Part shown: piece by piece, positions 58,359 through 64,000 of the stretch
Numbering within the stretch: position 1 is the first letter of the stretch
Layout: every line of letters starts with the position of its first letter
Assembly: GCA_965247295.1 (NCBI GenBank)
Contig: CBDFGQ010000007.1
Location: 560,317 to 624,316 of the forward strand
Source of the DNA: Dehalococcoidia bacterium
Lineage (GTDB): Bacteria; Chloroflexota; Dehalococcoidia; Lucifugimonadales; JAGWBF01
Length of the DNA stretch: 64,000 nt
Direction of reading: 5' to 3'
Made by a program: the position numbers and the translations under genes
Notes under the pieces: model-generated
What the model saw: the letters and a program-made list of their open reading frames with translations, nothing else
Told to the model about the DNA's origin: nothing
The model's database searches: none

Positions 58359-60979
58359 TCCTCATGCTCCTGGCGGGCAGCCTCGGCGTCAGCATCTCCG
58401 TCCTGCTGCTCCGTCCCCTGGCCGGACTGGTAGTGCTTGCTGCGCACATCGCGCCGCCCGGTGTCCGGCGGGGCTTCGGTCTTGTCCTGCTCCTTCGGTG
58501 GTGAGCCCTTGCTGGCCTTCGCTGCCTTGACCTTCTTGCGGTACTCCTCCACCCTCCTTCGCCCCTCCTCCTGTTGAGCGGCGATCTCGTCGAAGGACAT
58601 GAGATAGGAAGACGCATTGGTGCGGATTCGATCTGCAATGCCAGCGTCTCCCGGCTCCGGCTTCTTGACCATCATGGAGAAGGCGGGCATCCGCTCCTTG
58701 CCCACGGTGGCCCTGACGTAGCATTGGTGGACCGGAAGCGAGGTGATGTCGTCTTTGCTCACCCGGTCCTTCCCCAGCTCCCACACCAGGGTTCGGGCGT
58801 CGGCCCCCGCCACCTGAAAGACGCAGAGACATCCCACATTGGCCAAGAGGGTGTCCTGCATGGTGCGGGAGAGGTCGGAGAGCTTGGCGAGGGATTGGGT
58901 CGCCAGCACGAAGGAGGCCCCGAACTTCCCAAGCTCGCTGAGCATCCCCTCGTAGTCCACGCCGGGCATGGACTGCATCTCGTCCACCACGACAAGTACG
59001 CCTCGCCGCTCTTCCATGGACCGGCCACCCTGCTCCCGGATCACCGCGTCCACCAGGTTGAGGAGGGACGCGCCCACCAGGGCGGCCACATCCCTACCGG
59101 CTGTGCCCTGGGAGGTGGAGACCAGCAACACGCCGCCGTCCAGGATCACCTGGCGCATGTCGATGGTTGAACGGGACTGGCCGAGTACGGCCCGCGCCCG
59201 TTTGGAGGATGCGTAGTAGGAGAGGCGGGTCTGCACCGGGGCCAGGGCGTCGGCGCGGGTTTCGTGGCGCCACTTCCCGAAGTCCCTGGCCCACCACTCC
59301 AGCAGGAAGGGGTCGGAGACCTTCTCCAGCACCATGCTCTTGTAGTCGTTGTCTGAGAGCAGCTTCAGACCGTCGAGGATGGTGTACTGCTCGTCGTCGC
59401 TGGTTGAGGAGTGCTCGTTGGCCTCGTGGAGCGTCTTGACGGTCTGCTCCAGGATGGACTGCATCCGGGGTCCCCACTGGTCCCAGAGGCCACGGGCCAC
59501 CCTGACCACCGAGTCGGCGGTCCGGTCCCTGTCCGAGAAGACGCGGGTGTCCAGCAGGTTGATGCCAGGGGCTCCCCGCTCGTCGGCGAGGTCGATGAGA
59601 CGCACCCGGTCTGCGAGGGATGCGGGGACGTGGTGAAGCAGCCCCTCCACCAGGTCGGTGTGGGGGTGTATCACCACGATGGCGTCTGCGTCCCTGCCCT
59701 CGGCCTTCTCCTTGAGCTTGTGGGCGACGACGTGGTGCATGAGAGTGGACTTGCCCATGCGGGTCCGGGCCACGTAGAGGTGGTGACGCCGCAGCAGGTC
59801 CGAGGGGAAGTGGATGTCCCGTGGCTTGCCCGCCGTGGTGTCTCCCACCGGAGCGCCGGCCTTGACACCCCTGGCCGAGGGCGGCAGCACCCGCGCCCGG
59901 GAGCGCTCCACCAGAGGCGTCTCGTCCCTGGCTCCCGGCGGGTGCCAAAGGGCTGCCGCCTCCCTTACCCCCACGACGCTGCGCTTGCCGAAGAGCCCCG
60001 GGCCGGGGGGATGGAGCGATAGGTTGGGCAAGAGGGGCCGCACCTTGCTCACCTTGAAGCGGGCGCCTGCGGGGTGGTCGTAGTGGCAGTAGGCTGCCGC
60101 CACCTGGCCCAGAAGCTCCTTCGCCCGTTTGGGACCACCGCCTGGGGGCAGGATGGCCGTCACCTCAATCTGAGCGTCGAAGGCGATGCGGCTGACTTTT
60201 TCTTTTATTAGCAGAGGGTCGTGTACCTGGGATCGGGCGCGCTTCCACCGCCACCAGGCCCAGCCCGCAACGATGGTTCCCAAAACGACGCCGGCGCCCA
60301 GGAGCATCGCCTTCCACGTCTCGCCGTCCTGTATCCACAGGTAGCCACGCAGGGCGGCCAGCGCTCCCACGCCGAGGACAGCCATGGTCACGCCGTCGGT
60401 CTGCAGGGGCTTGGTGGTGTAGGTGTAAGAGGGGTCTCGCCGCTCCACGTCTATCCTCTTGTGGGCCTTTTCCATGTGGGCCTGAGACCAGTCGGGTCCC
60501 AGGGAGCGCAGCAGCAGCCGGGCGACGATGCGCTCACCCTCCCTGAGGGCAGACAGCGCTCCCAAGAGGGCGATGAGAGGGTCTGAGCCGGGGTCCAGCA
60601 GGTCGTCGTCCCGGAAGGTGCGCAGGGGCACGTACTCCGGGCCGCCCGACCGGAGCGTCATGCCCCACGCCTCCTCGCCCTCGTCGAGGCGCAGGGGGTC
60701 GTCCTCGGCGGACACCTGGTGGATGCCGGCCTGGGGATAGTGGGCGGAGAGTTGGCCCCTCACCACCTCGTCATCCAGGCAACGGGCCAAGAGCGTCACA
60801 CCGTCCGAGTCGCCCGCCACCTCCAGGGAGAAGGGCTCGGGGACGGCGATGGACTGAAGGAGGTTCTCCACCCCCAGGAGCGTGCGCTCTCCGGTGCGGG
60901 GCGGCGTCACCGCCAGCAGCACCGGCTCTTTCTTGCGCCGGTCGGTATCGAACAGCCAGTGAATCGGGTTTAGTTTCAT
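58355..60979 (-). CDS. membrane-anchored type-IV coupling-protein-like ATPase (TraD/VirD4/FtsK-HerA superfamily)
   Basis: Start at MKLNPIHW (ATG 60977-60979) after AAAGGAAGG. About 240-aa N-terminal domain, two TM segments, Walker A ARTRMGKST, Walker B VLVVVDEMQS, and a lysine/acidic tail. Confidence 0.75.
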   Translation of the reverse strand: MKLNPIHWLFDTDRRKKEPVLLAVTPPRTGERTLLGVENLLQSIAVPEPFSLEVAGDSDGVTLLARCLDDEVVRGQLSAHYPQAGIHQVSAEDDPLRLDEGEEAWGMTLRSGGPEYVPLRTFRDDDLLDPGSDPLIALLGALSALREGERIVARLLLRSLGPDWSQAHMEKAHKRIDVERRDPSYTYTTKPLQTDGVTMAVLGVGALAALRGYLWIQDGETWKAMLLGAGVVLGTIVAGWAWWRWKRARSQVHDPLLIKEKVSRIAFDAQIEVTAILPPGGGPKRAKELLGQVAAAYCHYDHPAGARFKVSKVRPLLPNLSLHPPGPGLFGKRSVVGVREAAALWHPPGARDETPLVERSRARVLPPSARGVKAGAPVGDTTAGKPRDIHFPSDLLRRHHLYVARTRMGKSTLMHHVVAHKLKEKAEGRDADAIVVIHPHTDLVEGLLHHVPASLADRVRLIDLADERGAPGINLLDTRVFSDRDRTADSVVRVARGLWDQWGPRMQSILEQTVKTLHEANEHSSTSDDEQYTILDGLKLLSDNDYKSMVLEKVSDPFLLEWWARDFGKWRHETRADALAPVQTRLSYYASSKRARAVLGQSRSTIDMRQVILDGGVLLVSTSQGTAGRDVAALVGASLLNLVDAVIREQGGRSMEERRGVLVVVDEMQSMPGVDYEGMLSELGKFGASFVLATQSLAKLSDLSRTMQDTLLANVGCLCVFQVAGADARTLVWELGKDRVSKDDITSLPVHQCYVRATVGKERMPAFSMMVKKPEPGDAGIADRIRTNASSYLMSFDEIAAQQEEGRRRVEEYRKKVKAAKASKGSPPKEQDKTEAPPDTGRRDVRSKHYQSGQGTEQQDGDADAEAARQEHEE

Positions 60980-61019
60980 GGGTGTATGCCTTCCTTTCTT
61001 TGTGCGGGTGTGTCGGTGG

Positions 61020-61801
61020 TTATCTGTGGAGCCCGGGCCGCCACTCGATGACCTCGGCCTCCTCCGGCGTCGCCTCGATGCGGATGGGGAATCGGCCTCC
61101 CCGTGCCAGCAGGAGGCCGTCTCCTCTGGGACAGGAGAGGAGCCAACGCTGGAGCTCCTGGGGCAGGTCGAAGGCGTCTCCGACGGTGGATATGGCGGCG
61201 GCGTCCTGCTGAAGCAGGAGCTTGAAAGCGGCGTTTTGCAATAAGGCACGCCCGCTATGTCCGGTAATGATCTGGGAGGGGTCTTCGGAGAGGAGGTCCT
61301 GGACGTCCTGGGTGATGAACTGGAGGCCCAGGCGGTGCTTCCTCGCTCGCTTGGCCATGGAGATCATGAAGGCGGCCCCCTCGGGGTGCTGCATGATGCT
61401 CCACACCTCGTCCACCACGAGCAGACGGGGCTTGGGGTTCTGGGCTGCGGCAGCCCACACCGTCTCGGTGCAGACCATGGCAGCGGCGGGACGAAGCTCC
61501 GGCTCCAGGAGGCGAAGGTTGAAGACGGTGACCGAGGCTTCGCTGGATAGGAGGTCGTCTCCCTCGTCGGAGAGCAGATGACGGAGGCTGCCGGTGGCGA
61601 AGGGGCGGAGCAGCCGTGAGAGGTCGTCTGACCCTTCGCGCTCCAGGAAGGCGTAGAAGTCCTTGAACCCGGTGCGCTCCCTGGGCTGGGCGTAGTAGGA
61701 GGCCAGGGCGTGGTCCAGGGAGGCCCTGCGTTCGGCGCCCAGCTTTTCTCCCACCATCACCTCGATGAGGCGTCGGAGACTGCCGATGCGCTGGAGTGTA
61801 G
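61020..61801 (-). pseudogene. VirB4/TraC-like conjugation ATPase, C-terminal fragment truncated by IS insertion
   Basis: Walker B PRLLVVDEVWSIM and RKHRLGLQFITQDVQDLL are present, but there is no Walker A. The reading frame is open right up to the IS left end. Confidence 0.6.
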
Positions 61802-61908
61802 GGTGTCAGCGCAATTGGACACTATTGAGGCCTAGAAAACCGAGGAGGTTGGGGGTGGTAGAGGCTCCTTCAGAGGGGTAGATTAACCCTAAGTGAAAGG
61901 AGTCATAG

Positions 61909-62310
61909 ATGACCCAGGTAGAGGATCAGGCCAGTCAAGCTGAGGAGCGAAGCCAGGAGACACGAAGCTTCGTGCGTCAGGTCCGTGCAGCGACCCGCCG
62001 TAAGTATACCCCTGAAGAGAAGATTCGCATCGTCTTGGAGGGGTTCAGACGGGAGACTACCGTTAATGACCTGTGCCGACGGGAAGGAATCAAACCCCAC
62101 TCCTACTACGCCTGGACGAAGGGGTTTATGGAAGCTGGGAAGGAGAGGTTGACTCGGGACAGTGTGCGTGATGCGACCCGGCAAGAGATAGAGCAGCTCA
62201 AGCGGGAGAACAGTGAACTGAAGCAGCTGGTGGGTGAGTTGTCCCTGGAGTTGCACCGCTTCAAAAAAACAGCTCTGCCGCCCCTACACGACAACGGCAC
62301 CGGCGCATGA
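61909..62310 (+). CDS. IS3-family transposase OrfA (HTH_Tnp_1 plus leucine zipper)
   Basis: RRKYTPEEKIRIVLEGFRRETTVNDLCRREGIKPHSYYAWTKGF..EIEQLKRENSELKQLVGEL. Confidence 0.8.
   Translation: MTQVEDQASQAEERSQETRSFVRQVRAATRRKYTPEEKIRIVLEGFRRETTVNDLCRREGIKPHSYYAWTKGFMEAGKERLTRDSVRDATRQEIEQLKRENSELKQLVGELSLELHRFKKTALPPLHDNGTGA
62263..62269 (+). other. A7 run: candidate -1 frameshift / transcriptional-slippage site joining orfA to orfB
   Basis: TTC AAA AAA ACA in the orfA frame. The -1 frame is open from here to the orfB ATG (..NSSAAPTRQRHRRMSVVEQ). Confidence 0.5.
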
Positions 62311-63326
62311 GCGTAGTGGAACAATCGAAGGTCGTGGCTGAGGTGGAGCGACATGGTAGAGGGAAGAACAGGCGACTCAGGGAGCTTGGCATTTCCAGGA
62401 GCACGTATTATTGGTGGAGGTGGAGGCACCGGCAGGGTAGTTGGGAGGGTACGGAAGGAACTGAGAGGCCCTGGAATCGCCTGCGACTAGAAGAGGAGGC
62501 AGTAGTGCTGGCGGCAGCCCGTGAGATGCCGACCTGGCGAAGCCGGCAGTTGGCGGCTTGGCTCACCGACCACAGAGGCCTATCGGTCTCCGCCTCCACA
62601 GTCTATCGTATCCTGAGACGGGAGGGTCTGGTGAAACGGATCGAATACCAGTTGGCAGCGGGCAAAGAGTACCAGCACAAGACCACAGGGCCCCACCAGC
62701 TGTGGGCCACCGATGCCTCCTACTTCCGTGTAGTGGGATGGGGCTACTACTACCTCGTGACGGTGATGGACGACTACTCCCGGTTCATCTTGGCCTGGAA
62801 GGTGCAACGGGACATGACGGCCGACTCCCTCATAGAGGTGGTCCAGGAAGCTGTTGACTCTACTGGTATGACTGATGTACCTCTGGAGGATCGGACCAAG
62901 CTCCTCTCAGATAATGGCTCAGGTTATGTATCGCGGGCCTTCCGCGAGTACATGCGGGTGGTGGGCATTCGCCACGTCCTGGCAGCACCCTATCACCCTC
63001 AGACCAACGGGAAGCTGGAGAGATATCACCGAACCCTCAAAGACGACATTAACCAGGTGCCATACGAGGTGGTGGAAGACCTGGAGGCGGCCATCCGGGA
63101 CTTCGTCGAGTTCTACAACTACCGAAGATATCATCAGGCGCTCAGGGTTGTAACTCCGGCTGACGTGCTGGAAGGCCGTCTGGAGGCAATTCTAGCCCAG
63201 AGGAAGGAGGTACAGCGAGAGACTTTTGACCGGCGGAGGCGGTACAATCAGGAGGTCAGAGAAACCCTCAAACCAGGAGCTTCTTCACCCCAATCTCTCG
63301 GACCCAGAACTGTCCAAAACCGCTGA
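62307..63326 (+). CDS. IS3-family transposase OrfB (DDE/rve integrase core)
   Basis: LWATDASYFRV..YLVTVMDDYSRFILAW..LLSDNGSGYVS..PYHPQTNGKLERYHRTLK. ATGA overlap with orfA. The stop lies inside the right IR. Confidence 0.85.
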   Translation: MSVVEQSKVVAEVERHGRGKNRRLRELGISRSTYYWWRWRHRQGSWEGTEGTERPWNRLRLEEEAVVLAAAREMPTWRSRQLAAWLTDHRGLSVSASTVYRILRREGLVKRIEYQLAAGKEYQHKTTGPHQLWATDASYFRVVGWGYYYLVTVMDDYSRFILAWKVQRDMTADSLIEVVQEAVDSTGMTDVPLEDRTKLLSDNGSGYVSRAFREYMRVVGIRHVLAAPYHPQTNGKLERYHRTLKDDINQVPYEVVEDLEAAIRDFVEFYNYRRYHQALRVVTPADVLEGRLEAILAQRKEVQRETFDRRRRYNQEVRETLKPGASSPQSLGPRTVQNR

Positions 63327-63344
63327 CACCCAACAGTCCAAAGC

Positions 63345-64000
63345 TTGGCTGAAGAATCCGGGTTAACCACCGTGGTCAGTGTGACCCCGCTACTGGAGCG
63401 CCCAGAATACCCAACGAACCATCCGACGGCGCTCCAAGACACGGTCGATGCGCCTTACCGGACCGGCCAACCTGGCCTGACATTGGCGGAGCGGCTGTGG
63501 GCGCTGTTGGCCGCTCCTCGGTACCTCCCCCGTCACGACCAGGATATCCAACTGGAGTGGCCTGGGGAGTTAATGCCTTTTCAGCTAGACGGTGTTGGGG
63601 CACTGCTAGGCAACAACCAGTTGCTGCTGGCCGACGACATGGGGTTGGGTAAAACCCTGCAGGCCATCGTCGCACTAAGGATGCTTCGTTCACGGGGAGA
63701 AATCAAGTCGTGCTTGGTGGCGGCCCCAGCCAGCCTGCTAGACCAATGGCGGCGTGAAATCGAGAAATGGGCCCCGGAGTTGTCCGCCATAATTATACGC
63801 GGCTCGACATCCGACCGCTCCTGGCAGTGGGCGGCGGAAGTAGACGTAACACTGGTCAGCTACGACACCTTGCGCTCAGATTTCGGCGGCAACGCACAAT
63901 CACCATTGCGGAGGAAAACCTGGGATGTCATCGTCGCTGACGAGGCTCAGCGAATCAAGAACCGCAACGACACCAGCGACGCGCTCAAAGGGCTGAAACG
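63345..64000 (+). CDS. SNF2-family helicase, N-terminal part (runs off the window end; start uncertain or possibly truncated by the IS)
   Basis: Not in the ORF track because it is open at the edge. Contains LMPFQLDGVGALLGNNQLLLADDMGLGKTLQAIV (motifs Q/I), AAPASLLDQWRREIEKW and VIVADEAQRIKN (DEAQ box). Possible starts are TTG 63345, GTG 63372 and GTG 63381. Confidence 0.7.
   Translation, partial: MAEESGLTTVVSVTPLLERPEYPTNHPTALQDTVDAPYRTGQPGLTLAERLWALLAAPRYLPRHDQDIQLEWPGELMPFQLDGVGALLGNNQLLLADDMGLGKTLQAIVALRMLRSRGEIKSCLVAAPASLLDQWRREIEKWAPELSAIIIRGSTSDRSWQWAAEVDVTLVSYDTLRSDFGGNAQSPLRRKTWDVIVADEAQRIKNRNDTSDALKGLK

Larger units (their letters stand above)
51094..61801. mobile_element. integrative conjugative/mobilizable-type element remnant at tRNA-Asn (right end not defined; truncated by IS)
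   Basis: Begins at the 3' end of tRNA-Asn. Carries a large serine recombinase, RHH, XRE/ImmA, multiple HTH genes, DUF3800, replication-relaxation proteins, a coupling-protein-like ATPase and a VirB4-like fragment. Confidence 0.65.
61802..63340 (+). mobile_element. IS3-family insertion sequence (about 1.54 kb)
   Basis: Terminal inverted repeats TGGAGTGTAGGGTGTCAGCGCAATTGGACACT and reverse-complement TGGACTGTTGGGTGTCAGCGGTTTTGGACAGT match at 26/32 with TG..CA ends. orfA plus orfB(rve). No matching flanking direct repeat. Confidence 0.8.

Noticed and set aside
57889-59948. Arg/Pro/Gly-rich minus-strand ORFs (57889..58638 at 249 aa and 59094..59948 at 284 aa)
   Set aside because: They are alternative frames of the wHTH and coupling-protein genes, and their low-complexity RPG composition is typical of off-frame GC-rich translation.
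51094-64000. Search for a direct repeat of the tRNA-Asn 3' end (attR)
   Set aside because: I found no second copy of GGTTCGAATCCTACCTGGGGAGCCA or a substantial part of it in the window. The right boundary therefore cannot be set, and serine integrases need no long repeat in any case.

Overview
High-GC (about 60%) bacterial chromosomal window, densely coding on both strands. From 1 to 51 kb the genes are core and catabolic. They include threonine aldolase, lspA-rluD and divergent glnS/gltX. An 11-gene nuoABCDHIJKLMN operon (no nuoEFG here) carries an extra small DUF2007-like ORF and G/C-rich REP-like hairpins. After it come nadK-Nudix and a non-classical (type-E-like) sdhA-sdhB-[Zn-ribbon membrane protein]-sdhE(HdrB-like) cluster. 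The rest of this part holds aminotransferase-mdh-icd, a DUF255 thioredoxin-fold protein, a FIST plus binding-protein pair, an AtzG/AtzE-like amidase pair, and acyl-CoA ligase, SDR, FAH, NIPSNAP, LVIVD and M20 genes. The gene content is reminiscent of Chloroflexota, but that is inference only. From tRNA-Asn(GTT) at 51.0 kb to the window end the DNA is accessory. It is an integrative conjugative-type element with a large serine recombinase, an RHH protein, an XRE/ImmA pair and a run of small HTH genes (three are tandem paralogs). It also carries DUF3800, two replication-relaxation/wHTH proteins and a membrane coupling-protein-like ATPase. A VirB4-like ATPase fragment is cut by an IS3-family element, which is followed by a partial SNF2 helicase. 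The most notable observation is a signal-peptide-less BtuF/FhuD-fold protein whose frame is interrupted only by a TGA. That TGA sits in a C-x-x-[TGA] motif with a SECIS-like hairpin 17 nt downstream, making it a candidate selenoprotein. Other frame disruptions need read-level checking: a +1 shift at CUU-AGG in an FG-GAP gene, an in-frame TAG in an LVIVD gene, and a tandem duplication in a Uma2 gene. No rRNA, CRISPR array or cas genes were seen.
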